Positions 26,422 through 34,601 of a stretch of 64,000 bases of DNA are shown piece after piece. Both the position numbers and the translations under genes were made by a program. Position 1 is the first letter of the stretch. Every line of letters begins with the position of its first letter. Source of the DNA: a virus; IMG/VR virus record IMGVR_UViG_3300048620_000016, one strand, 5' to 3'. The notes below the pieces were generated by a model. The model saw nothing but the letters and a program-made list of their open reading frames with translations. It ran no database searches and had not been told where the DNA came from.

Positions 26422-28197
26422 ATGGCGCTTCCAGCAGGGGTAGCTCAGCTCGGCACATTCAAAGGTGCGAAGGGGGACCGTGGTCCTGCCGGGACGTTCG
26501 CGTCTGCGGGGGCGACGTCCGTGGCGCCGGGGGCGTCCGCGTCGGCGGTGTTGTCGGGTCCGGAGGGTGCCCGTCACGTTCAGTTCTCGATCCCTCGGGG
26601 CTTGCCGGGCGTGAACGCGGTTCCTGCTGATGAGGCGATCGCCGCTTACCTTGCAGCGGAGGGGTCCCAGTCCAACGCGGCTGTCGAGGCTCTGCTCGCT
26701 ACGTTCCCAACTTCGCCTTCTGCGATCGCGGCGATCAGCCCTGACCGTTTGGTGGTGTGGGGTGATTCGATCGCGGAGACCGGCGAGGTCGACGGCACGT
26801 CCTACCTGGCGCTTGTGGCAGGGTCGTTGGGCATTTCGCGCTTCAATGGCGCGTGGTGGGGTCAGAACAGCATCGAGATCGCCGCCCGGCAAGGGGGGCG
26901 CATGCAGCTGCTCACCTTCGCGTCGAACACGATTCCTGCCTCCGGTTCGGTCGTCGTCACATGCGAGACGTCGCCGATCGGTGGTACGGCGGGGCGTGGG
27001 CCGGAGGCCGGCGTACTCACAGGAACAGTCCAAGGTGTGCGGGGGGTTCTGTCGTGGGCAGGTTCGGACCTGATCTTCACTCGCGCGGCCGCGGGAGAAG
27101 CTGTCGTGTTGCCGGGGGCGGTACCGTTCATTGGGGAAGCGGCTCGTGCCTACCGGGGTGATGTCACGCTTCTCGCTGCAGGCCGCAACGGCACTCACAT
27201 CCTCGACCGTTTGATCGACGCGCACCGCGGCATGGTGCAGTTCACGAACCCGCGCTTCGCGGTGCTCGGAATCCTGCCCTGGGAGGGCACCGATCCGACG
27301 CACACCGAGGACCCCGCTAACGCGGCGCTGCGTGCGCTGTGGCCGGACAGGTTTGTCGACCTGAAGGCGTGGCTGATGTCGGTTCGTTCCTCTCACGCGA
27401 TCGCGTATGAGTTCACATCAGGGGATCTCGCTCACATCGCTGCTGGCTTCGTCCCGGGCGGGTATCGCACCGACGGTGTGCACCCGACCCTGCGAGGCCG
27501 CCATGCGATCGCGTACGCGGTGCGGGAGCACTTGCTCTTCAACATCCCCGATCTCGAGCTAGCCCCCGGCTATCGTCCGGTTCCGTCGCCTTCAGAGACA
27601 CCCGATCACTCCTGGGTGACGGACGGTCTCTTCCCGGGGCTGCAGCTCGAAGTGCTGCAGCCCCGAGACGGGGTGACCGTCGCCCGTCAAGACACTCCAA
27701 GCGCCAGGCCCTTCGCCGACATCGACGCAGCCGCTTTCGACTCGCCGGTGTACAAGTTGGGCACAGGGTACAACGCGGCTCTCACGTTGGGGACGACACC
27801 GGCGGCGGCGACCACGTTCATGATCGGGCGGCTTCGAACGATCGCGACGTCGAAGATCATCGCGTCCACGGCCGGCGGCATCTTCCGCACCAATGGTACG
27901 CCCGTCAAGTGGGGCATGACATCGGGTGGGGGCAACTTCACTTCCGCAGTGAACGCGGACACCCTCCCGCACGTGTTCGCCTGGGTGCAGAACGGCGCGT
28001 CGTCGTCGCTGTGGGTCGACGGGGTGAAGATCGCCACCGGGACGCTCTCGGCCCCCTCAGGTACCAACGCGACATGGGGTGACGTCGGGATCGGCGCCGA
28101 CCTGAACGTGGCCGGTCAGTTCGTTTACCGGTCAGCACTATCGGACGCGCAGATCGCAGCGATCAGCGCTGAGCTGATGGAGGTGTTGAACGCATGA
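26422..28197 (+). CDS. Tail fibre/spike with SGNH hydrolase and LamG-like domains
   Basis: GAKGDRGPAG start, WGDS...GRN...DGVHPT SGNH blocks, PHVFAWVQNGASSSLWVDG...LSDAQIAAI LamG-type end. Confidence 0.8.
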   Translation: MALPAGVAQLGTFKGAKGDRGPAGTFASAGATSVAPGASASAVLSGPEGARHVQFSIPRGLPGVNAVPADEAIAAYLAAEGSQSNAAVEALLATFPTSPSAIAAISPDRLVVWGDSIAETGEVDGTSYLALVAGSLGISRFNGAWWGQNSIEIAARQGGRMQLLTFASNTIPASGSVVVTCETSPIGGTAGRGPEAGVLTGTVQGVRGVLSWAGSDLIFTRAAAGEAVVLPGAVPFIGEAARAYRGDVTLLAAGRNGTHILDRLIDAHRGMVQFTNPRFAVLGILPWEGTDPTHTEDPANAALRALWPDRFVDLKAWLMSVRSSHAIAYEFTSGDLAHIAAGFVPGGYRTDGVHPTLRGRHAIAYAVREHLLFNIPDLELAPGYRPVPSPSETPDHSWVTDGLFPGLQLEVLQPRDGVTVARQDTPSARPFADIDAAAFDSPVYKLGTGYNAALTLGTTPAAATTFMIGRLRTIATSKIIASTAGGIFRTNGTPVKWGMTSGGGNFTSAVNADTLPHVFAWVQNGASSSLWVDGVKIATGTLSAPSGTNATWGDVGIGADLNVAGQFVYRSALSDAQIAAISAELMEVLNA

Positions 28198-28319
28198 ACG
28201 CAGAAAGGCCGACCGTCGAGCCGACCGTTCAGACGGGCATTCCAGAGGCGGTCTCCGACCTCGACCTCATGTTCGAGTTCGGAGATCCTCGCGGGGAGAA
28301 CGGCGGGGGTGGGCGATGA
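28194..28319 (+). CDS. 41-aa protein preceding the endolysin (not in ORF track)
   Basis: ATGA overlaps at both ends; MNAERPTVEPTVQTGIPEAVSDLDLMFEFGDPRGENGGGGR. Confidence 0.55.
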   Translation: MNAERPTVEPTVQTGIPEAVSDLDLMFEFGDPRGENGGGGR

Positions 28320-29113
28320 ACGCGCTCACCCTCGTCCGTTCCGCGCTCGCCGAGTGGCGCCGCAATCGGGGCAACGAGTCGCTCTACTACGCATGCCAGC
28401 ACTTCGACGGCTGGTACGTGCAGTGGGCTTTCGAGGGCTTCACCCGGAAGGCGGAGCGCACGATCCTCCGCTACAGCACCGCGCAGCTCGCCGCGAACGC
28501 AGCTCCCATGCGCCTCGGCGTGACGAAGGTCAACGACAAGCGCATCCAGCCCGGAGACAACCTGTACTTCCGGTACGGGAAGCCCGGCCACGTGGTGACG
28601 GCGGTCGGGTGGGATGGCGATCGCCTCCTCGTCTCCGACACCTCCAACTCCGGCGACACGGTCATCAAGCTCACCAACAACGTGAAGATCACCCACGCGG
28701 ACACTCTCAAGCTGCCGTTCGTCGGCGCGTCGGCGCGCAACGGCCGCAACCTGCCGCGCACCGGCCTCACCGCCTACCAGCACTCGACGCCTGCGGGCGG
28801 CGGCGGCACTCCGGTCCCCAAGCCGACGCCGACGCCGGATCCCGAACCCACCCCCCGGAAGGACCTCGACATGGCCACCCTGTACGGCATCGCGAAGGAC
28901 GACATCAACGTCTATGCCCTGAACACCGAGACCGGCGACGTTCGGCACGTCACCGCGGAGGAGTGGCTGCTCGTCAACGACGCTTACGCGGCCGCCGGCG
29001 TCCCCGTGCCTTACTCGCGCCGCAAGCTGAGCAAGAAGCAGATGCTCAAGCTCGTCGAGGACACCAAGGCGCGCGGGAGCATTCGTGTGGCGGTCCAAGC
29101 GAGCGGGGTATGA
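28316..29113 (+). CDS. Putative endolysin (divergent CHAP/NlpC-P60-like peptidase, Pro linker, C-terminal domain)
   Basis: YACQHF Cys and PGDNLYF...GHV His motifs; first large gene of the lysis cassette. Confidence 0.65.
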   Translation: MNALTLVRSALAEWRRNRGNESLYYACQHFDGWYVQWAFEGFTRKAERTILRYSTAQLAANAAPMRLGVTKVNDKRIQPGDNLYFRYGKPGHVVTAVGWDGDRLLVSDTSNSGDTVIKLTNNVKITHADTLKLPFVGASARNGRNLPRTGLTAYQHSTPAGGGGTPVPKPTPTPDPEPTPRKDLDMATLYGIAKDDINVYALNTETGDVRHVTAEEWLLVNDAYAAAGVPVPYSRRKLSKKQMLKLVEDTKARGSIRVAVQASGV

Positions 29114-29604
29114 GCATGGACCGCCACCCCGTCGCCACTGCGCGCCGGCGCCGCTTCGAGGCGTTCATCCGCCTCCTCGATCTGATCGTGTACGCGGGCG
29201 TGTTTCTCGGAGGCGTGTACGCGCTTCTCGGCACGCCGGCGACCGTTGCAGATGAGCTGCAGGGCGCGGAATGGCTGGTGATGCTCTGGGCGCTGCTGCT
29301 GCTCGTCGGAGGGCTGTCCGGATTCGTCGGCAGGCTCACGCGGTACTGGTTCGTCGAGGTCCCCGCCACCGTGCTCGCATTCTTCGGGATCGTGATCTAT
29401 TTCGTGGTCCTCGGTCGCTTCGCCTTCACGTCGATCACCGCCGCAGTCGCAGCCGCCATGGTCCTGGTCGCGCAGGTTGCCATGGCCCGGCGGTGGGCTG
29501 AGCTGCAGATCTTCGCGACCGATCCCGATGCGACCGACTTCAAGACCCGGATGGCCGACGCGCTCCGGAGGCGAACGACGAACTTCGTCCACCGCCACCG
29601 ATAG
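29110..29604 (+). CDS. Four-TM membrane protein of the lysis cassette
   Basis: ATGA coupling; four hydrophobic helices. Confidence 0.75.
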   Translation: MSMDRHPVATARRRRFEAFIRLLDLIVYAGVFLGGVYALLGTPATVADELQGAEWLVMLWALLLLVGGLSGFVGRLTRYWFVEVPATVLAFFGIVIYFVVLGRFAFTSITAAVAAAMVLVAQVAMARRWAELQIFATDPDATDFKTRMADALRRRTTNFVHRHR

Positions 29605-29615
29605 GGGAGAGCTAC

Positions 29616-29978
29616 ATGGCTGACATGAACTGGGTTGCCACCATCGTCGGCGTCCTCTTCGCCGGCGGGATCGGCGCCACGATCCGGGAGATCGTCGGCG
29701 TCGTCACCCTCGCCCGCAAGGGCGTGTCCGGGAAAGAGCAGAAGAGGCGCGACGACATCGTCGCGCAGCGCGACTACGCGCTCGCGCAGATGCGCGCCGC
29801 GCAGTCCGAAGCCGACGCGCACGAGGCCCGCGCAGACCGGGAAGCGGTGCGCCGGCAGAAGTGGCAGGAGGAGGTCGCGAAACTCCGCCGCCTCGCCATC
29901 GAGCACGGACGTGACCCCGGCCCGTGGCCCGACATCGACGAAACAACAGACCCCATCCGCCCCTTCAAAAAGGAGTAA
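29616..29978 (+). CDS. Single-TM plus coiled-coil lysis-cassette protein
   Basis: WVATIVGVLFAGGIG then charged helix; RBS ggggagagctacATG. Confidence 0.75.
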   Translation: MADMNWVATIVGVLFAGGIGATIREIVGVVTLARKGVSGKEQKRRDDIVAQRDYALAQMRAAQSEADAHEARADREAVRRQKWQEEVAKLRRLAIEHGRDPGPWPDIDETTDPIRPFKKE

Positions 29979-29980
29979 CT

Positions 29981-30409
29981 ATGAAGAAACTCGCCGCACG
30001 CGCGCTCGCTGCCGTGCTCCTGTCCCTCGCGCTGGTCGCAGTCGGCGCGCCGGCGCACGCTGCCGACGCCGCGGCCTTCGCGGTCGCGTTCACCCTCGAC
30101 CCGCTCACGGTTGTGCAGCTGCTCCTCGCGTTCGCGCTGCCCGTCCTGGTGGGCCTGGTGACCACGCGGGTGACCTCGCCCGCCCGCAAGGCGTGGCTGC
30201 TCGCCGGCCTTTCGTTGCTCGCTTCGCTGCTGCTCGAGCTGGCGCGTTCCCTGCAGGACTCGAGCACCTACGATCTGGGGATCGCGCTGCTGGCTGCGCT
30301 GCCGGCATTCGTCGTGTCGGTGGCGTCGCACTACGGCCTGTGGAAGCCGACGGGTGTGGCCGACAAGGTCCAGTCGATCGGTTCCACCGACTCGGACGGG
30401 AGGGGCTGA
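29981..30409 (+). CDS. Holin-like protein with N-terminal signal-peptide-like extension
   Basis: RBS aaggagtaactATG; LPVLVGLVT and HYGLWKPTG actinophage holin motifs. Confidence 0.8.
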   Translation: MKKLAARALAAVLLSLALVAVGAPAHAADAAAFAVAFTLDPLTVVQLLLAFALPVLVGLVTTRVTSPARKAWLLAGLSLLASLLLELARSLQDSSTYDLGIALLAALPAFVVSVASHYGLWKPTGVADKVQSIGSTDSDGRG

Positions 30410-30410
30410 C

Positions 30411-30758
30411 GTGGCTCTGAATGACGCGATCCTCAACATCGCCGCGGAGGCGATCGCCGACGCCGCCATGTAGGCGGCGATCCACACCGCCGCGCCCAAC
30501 AGTGCGGGCTCCAACCAGTCCGCGGCCGCGCGTGAGCTGATCCCGTGGGCGGCAGCGACAACCGGTGACCTGTCGTTGACGGGACCGATCGACTTCGAGG
30601 GCGGCGCCGCCTCGGGTGCGGCTACGCACCTGGGGTTCTGGTCGGCGCCGACCGGCGGCGTGTTCTACGGCTTCGTCCCTCTGACTGGTGACCAGTCGTT
30701 CAACGCGGCGGGGGAGTACACGGTCAACTCGATCAGCCTCAACGGCTCCGCGGCCTGA
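30411..30758 (+). pseudogene. Tail-fibre-module small protein interrupted by in-frame TAG at 30471-30473
   Basis: MALNDAILNIAAEAIADAAM*AAIHTAAP...THLGFWSAPTGGVFYG...; protein-like on both sides of the stop. Confidence 0.75.
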
Positions 30759-32800
30759 TGGCGACCCCGTCTCTCGGCTCGTACCTGTTCTCCCGAGTGA
30801 CGGGGCTCAGCCGCTCCGTGGACGTGTCCGCGCTCCCTGACGGGTCGTGGATGCTCGCCACCGTCTTCCAGGGCGGGTCGAACGTCCTCACCCTCACCCC
30901 GCCCGCGGGCTGGGTGCCGCTCGTTGCTCGCCAGCCGATCGGCACCAGGTCGTTCACGGTCTGGGGCAAGGTGAAAGCGTCGGGCGACGCGACGATGACC
31001 TGGTCGACCTCAGAGTCCGCGCCGATCTCCCTCGTCGTCGCACATGGGCCCGGGCCGTGCCGTCCGGTCACTGAGTGGGTCGTGGGCCTTGTGGGCGTCC
31101 GCTCGGCCGCCAACGCTATCGGCGGCCAGTCTGTGCAGGCAGGAACCGACACCACCACCGTGGCACCCGCGATCACCGTGCCGGCAGAGACACGTGTCAT
31201 GACCGCATCGCTCGAGGCGACGACGGCGGCGGAGTCCAACATCGTCTCCGTGTCCGGTGCGACAGCATGGGCGTACATCAACCCCACGAACGTGACCGAG
31301 TCAACCTTCCTCGCGTCCGTCGACAAGACGACTGCCGGCGCAACCGGCCCGGTCACCACGACGTACGTCAACACGCAATCAGCGAACGCCGGCGCCGTGC
31401 AGATCGGCATCCCCGCTCCCGCCGCGACCGCGGCCGCGGGAACCGCATCCGGAGGCTTCACCTTCACGGCTGCAGCGGCCGGCGAGATCTCGCCCCTCCC
31501 CGGATTCGACTCGATCGACCAGGTGCTCCACACCCCCGGAGCCACCTGGGCGCACCGAGGCGGATCCGCGAACTGGCCAGAGATGACCGACTACGCCTAC
31601 ACCCGCGCCGCAGCGCACGGGTACGGGGTGCTCGAGTTCTCCTGCGCACGCACCTCCGACGGATGGTGGTTCGGGCTCCACGACGCGAACCTGGACCGTA
31701 CGTCCGGGCTCAGCGGATCACCGAGCGTGTCGACCATGACACGCGCCGCCGTCGAGGCCTACCAGATCACGCTCAACGCAGGCGGGAACCCCCAGCCCTA
31801 CTACGGGCTGATCGAGTTCCTGCAGAAGTGGACCCAGACCCACGTCGTGGTCATCGACCCGAAGAACGCCCTGTCGTTCTCGGCCGAACTGCTCGACCTC
31901 ATCGAGCTCCACGTACCGGATGCGCAAGACCGAGTCGTCATGAAGTTCTTCGGCGTCGGAGGTGGCGCACTCACGTTCGCGGACCTGTGCCGCGCCCGCG
32001 GGTTCACCACCTGGGGGTACTTCTACCAAGCCGACTACGACTCCGGAGCGCTCGCCGCCAACCATGCCCGATGGGACTGGTTGGGGATGAACCTCGCGGC
32101 CACCACCGCGTGGACGGGCGGGACGTACCCGGCGATCGGATCCTACGGTCAGCCCGTCGTCGCGCACATCATCCAGTCGCAAGCCGAGTACGACGCCTCG
32201 ATCGCCAAGGGCGCGACCATGGTGCAGGTCGGGAACGTCGCCGGCGTCCAGCGCGTCGGGGTCGAATCGGTGATCCCTGACGGCGACGCATCCGCGTCGT
32301 GGATCTTCCTGGCCACCGCAGCGGGCAGCAGACGCGCCCAGGGCACCGCAGGCGCCGCTCTCGCGTACGACGCGGCCGCGTCTGGCACCACGAGCCGCAC
32401 TGGGTCGGCAGAGGCCGCCTGGGCGGTCGAGGGGGCCGCTGCCGGGTGGCGGCAGTCGCAGGGCGAGGGTCACGCGTCGCTCACGTTCGAGCTCGTCGCG
32501 TCGTCCTCGTCGACGTCGGAGGGATCCGCCGCCGGCGCACTCACCCTCACGCTGTCGGCCGAGGGTGCGACGGTGACGGCCGGCGCCGCAGCTGGCGCGT
32601 TCGTGATCGCCGCGGCCGCGGATGGGTCAGCGCCGGATGGGCAGCGCGTCGGTGTCGCGTCCGGGTCGTGGACCTTCGACGTTCACGCCTCGTCGACGGC
32701 CGTCGCGATCCCGGACCGGCCGCAGCTGGTCGGTAGCATGCCGCGGCACACACTGGCCGGCTTCGCCCCGGACCGCACGTTGAGAGGAGCACGCGGATGA
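30758..32800 (+). CDS. Putative virion protein with glycerophosphodiester phosphodiesterase (GDPD) domain
   Basis: WAHRGGSANWPEMT...VLEFSCARTSDG...LHD; beta-rich N-terminus; Ala/Gly/Ser repeats at C-terminus. Confidence 0.8.
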   Translation: MATPSLGSYLFSRVTGLSRSVDVSALPDGSWMLATVFQGGSNVLTLTPPAGWVPLVARQPIGTRSFTVWGKVKASGDATMTWSTSESAPISLVVAHGPGPCRPVTEWVVGLVGVRSAANAIGGQSVQAGTDTTTVAPAITVPAETRVMTASLEATTAAESNIVSVSGATAWAYINPTNVTESTFLASVDKTTAGATGPVTTTYVNTQSANAGAVQIGIPAPAATAAAGTASGGFTFTAAAAGEISPLPGFDSIDQVLHTPGATWAHRGGSANWPEMTDYAYTRAAAHGYGVLEFSCARTSDGWWFGLHDANLDRTSGLSGSPSVSTMTRAAVEAYQITLNAGGNPQPYYGLIEFLQKWTQTHVVVIDPKNALSFSAELLDLIELHVPDAQDRVVMKFFGVGGGALTFADLCRARGFTTWGYFYQADYDSGALAANHARWDWLGMNLAATTAWTGGTYPAIGSYGQPVVAHIIQSQAEYDASIAKGATMVQVGNVAGVQRVGVESVIPDGDASASWIFLATAAGSRRAQGTAGAALAYDAAASGTTSRTGSAEAAWAVEGAAAGWRQSQGEGHASLTFELVASSSSTSEGSAAGALTLTLSAEGATVTAGAAAGAFVIAAAADGSAPDGQRVGVASGSWTFDVHASSTAVAIPDRPQLVGSMPRHTLAGFAPDRTLRGARG

Positions 32801-33090
32801 TCATCGTCAAGACGGGCGATCGCTACCCGATCGAGTTCACCGCGAACATGCCTCTCGCAGACGCGGAGGTCAGGTTGTTCGCCACGCGCCTCCCCTCGGG
32901 CGTCCGCCTCGAGCTCGAGTGCACCAAGCTGGAAGCCACCGGCTCCGTCCAGCACGTGCTCACAGGCGAGCTCGAGCCTGGCGACTACGGCGTCGAGCTC
33001 GAGGTCACCACCGGCACAGTGGAAGTGACCTTCCCAACACCGCAGGACCCCTCGGAACCGCCGTACGAGCTGCTCCGAGTGCTCGACTGA
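32797..33090 (+). CDS. BppU-N-like (baseplate upper) small protein
   Basis: VKTGDRYPIEF...GDYGVELEVT...TFPT pattern. Confidence 0.6.
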   Translation: MIIVKTGDRYPIEFTANMPLADAEVRLFATRLPSGVRLELECTKLEATGSVQHVLTGELEPGDYGVELEVTTGTVEVTFPTPQDPSEPPYELLRVLD

Positions 33091-33091
33091 C

Positions 33092-33136
33092 AAGCGCCCC
33101 CTCACTGGCTCTCACGCCACGGAGGGGGCGCTTTCG
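33092..33136. terminator. Terminator between convergent late operon and minus-strand gene
   Basis: aagcgccccctc / gagggggcgctt plus inner tggc/gcca stem, then ttc. Confidence 0.8.
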
Positions 33137-33142
33137 TCGGTA

Positions 33143-33514
33143 TCAGGGGATCTCCTCGACGGCGCCTGACCACACCCAGCAGCGGTGTGCAGTGTCGGCG
33201 ATAGTGAACTCGATGCCGACCGCGTCCGCCGTCCACCGCGCCGCGACCGCTTCGACCTGCAGCGGCACGTCACCGAACCGCACCCACGCTCTCACCTTGC
33301 GGCGGGGCTTCGGGTCGATCGTCAGGGGAACCTCGTCGAGGCGGAGCTCCTGGCCAGAGAGGGTCTGCAGCTTCGCATTGCGCGAGACGGTCTGCATCAC
33401 CCGCTCGTTCATCTGCCGGTCGATCGAGTCGGCGTATCGCCTGTTGGTCCCCACAGCCAGGTTCCCCCTTCCCCGGCCGGCATCCATGCTAGACGGCCAC
33501 CTCCGACACACCAA
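33143..33514 (-). CDS. Hypothetical protein (true start probably downstream, near MGTNRRY)
   Basis: GTNRRY...VRAWVRFG...ARWTADAVGIEF...CWVWSGAV; protein-like. Confidence 0.7.
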   Translation of the reverse strand: MVCRRWPSSMDAGRGRGNLAVGTNRRYADSIDRQMNERVMQTVSRNAKLQTLSGQELRLDEVPLTIDPKPRRKVRAWVRFGDVPLQVEAVAARWTADAVGIEFTIADTAHRCWVWSGAVEEIP

Positions 33515-33563
33515 CGCCCCGCCAGGCTCTCACCGGTATGGTGACGCCAGGCGGGGCGTTTTC
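33513..33563. terminator. Long hairpin downstream of the tRNA
   Basis: aacgccccgcc/ggcggggcgtt, ggc/gcc and tcacc/ggtga stems. Confidence 0.7.
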
Positions 33564-33591
33564 GTGCGTCAGGCGGTGCTGGGGATCCCTG

Positions 33592-33664
33592 TGCCCCCGG
33601 CGCGACTCGAACGCGCAACCGTCGGATTAGAAGGCCGATGCTCTATCCATTGAGCTACGGAGGC
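33592..33664 (-). tRNA. trnR: tRNA-Arg(UCU), complete 73 nt, CCA not encoded
   Basis: GCCTCCG acceptor, GCTC/GAGC D-stem, CTTCTAA anticodon loop, GCGCG-TTCGAGT-CGCGC T-arm. Confidence 0.96.
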
Positions 33665-33672
33665 TGACCGCT

Positions 33673-34527
33673 CTACGCTACCCGTCGGCCCGACTTCTCG
33701 GGAACTCGCACGAGCGGCAGCTGCAGCATCGCGGCCTCGATCGTGGAGTCGCGGACGCGCGCGTACTTCTGCACGGTCTGCTCGTCGCTGTGCCGCATCG
33801 CGGCCGCTACGACGGTCGTAGACGCGCCGGCGTCGATGAGCTCGGTCGCGAACCACGCCCGCATCTGGTGTGGCCGGTGCGCGACCCCCGCACGCTTGAA
33901 AGCCTTCGAGAGCACGTTCGACACGTTCGACGCGGTCACGTGCTCGCCGGGCCGCGTGGGCGAGGCGAACAGCCACCCATCCGTCCGCCACGTCTCGAGG
34001 TGCTCCCACACGAGCGGGTGGATCGGCCGCCAGACTTCCTTCCCCGCCTTCGCATCCTTCGACAGGATCCGCCGCCGCGACCAGTCGATCGAGCTCCCCG
34101 ACACTGCCGCGATCTCCGCAGCACGGAACCCCTGGTAGGAGTACAGCAGCACCCACAGGCGGGTGCGCCGGTAGATCCCGGAGTGGAGCACGTGCTCGAT
34201 GTCCTCCGTCGTGACAGGGTCGGGCTCCGACTTCGGCACCCGCACCTTTGGGAGCTTCGCCGCCGGGTTGTCGAGGCGGAACTCCTCGTCCTGCATCCAG
34301 GTGAAGAACCCGTATAGGAACGACTTGAAGTGCGCGCGGGTGGATGCCTTGATCCCGGGGCGTGCGAGGTCCCGGATCAGGTCGTGACGGGTCACGGTCA
34401 TCAAGGTCTTGTCGGTGCGGCGGAGCATCGCACGCAGCGTGTACGTGCGTTCTCGGATGCTCTTCTGAGTCGATCCGGATGCGATCTGAAACGCGGTCCA
34501 GAAGTCGATATAGGCGTCGTCGTCCAT
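33673..34527 (-). CDS. int: Tyrosine integrase/recombinase lacking an N-terminal arm-binding domain
   Basis: GFRAAE, KAGK, HQMR, RH, KY catalytic residues; RBS ggagaagctATG; 284 aa. Confidence 0.95.
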   Translation of the reverse strand: MDDDAYIDFWTAFQIASGSTQKSIRERTYTLRAMLRRTDKTLMTVTRHDLIRDLARPGIKASTRAHFKSFLYGFFTWMQDEEFRLDNPAAKLPKVRVPKSEPDPVTTEDIEHVLHSGIYRRTRLWVLLYSYQGFRAAEIAAVSGSSIDWSRRRILSKDAKAGKEVWRPIHPLVWEHLETWRTDGWLFASPTRPGEHVTASNVSNVLSKAFKRAGVAHRPHQMRAWFATELIDAGASTTVVAAAMRHSDEQTVQKYARVRDSTIEAAMLQLPLVRVPEKSGRRVA

Positions 34528-34601
34528 AGCTTCTCCAGTTCCGGGGAGGTCTTTGGAGACTACGGACAACCAGCCGGCCGTCGCGGGGGGAGCGGCCGTG
34601 A

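Noticed and set aside
33592-33664. Phage tRNA as amber suppressor explaining the TAG at 30471
   Set aside because: The anticodon is TCT (Arg), not CTA.
34570-34600. Terminator between repressor and integrase (cggccg...cggccg)
   Set aside because: Short GC-only stem without a U-tract; not distinguishable from background.
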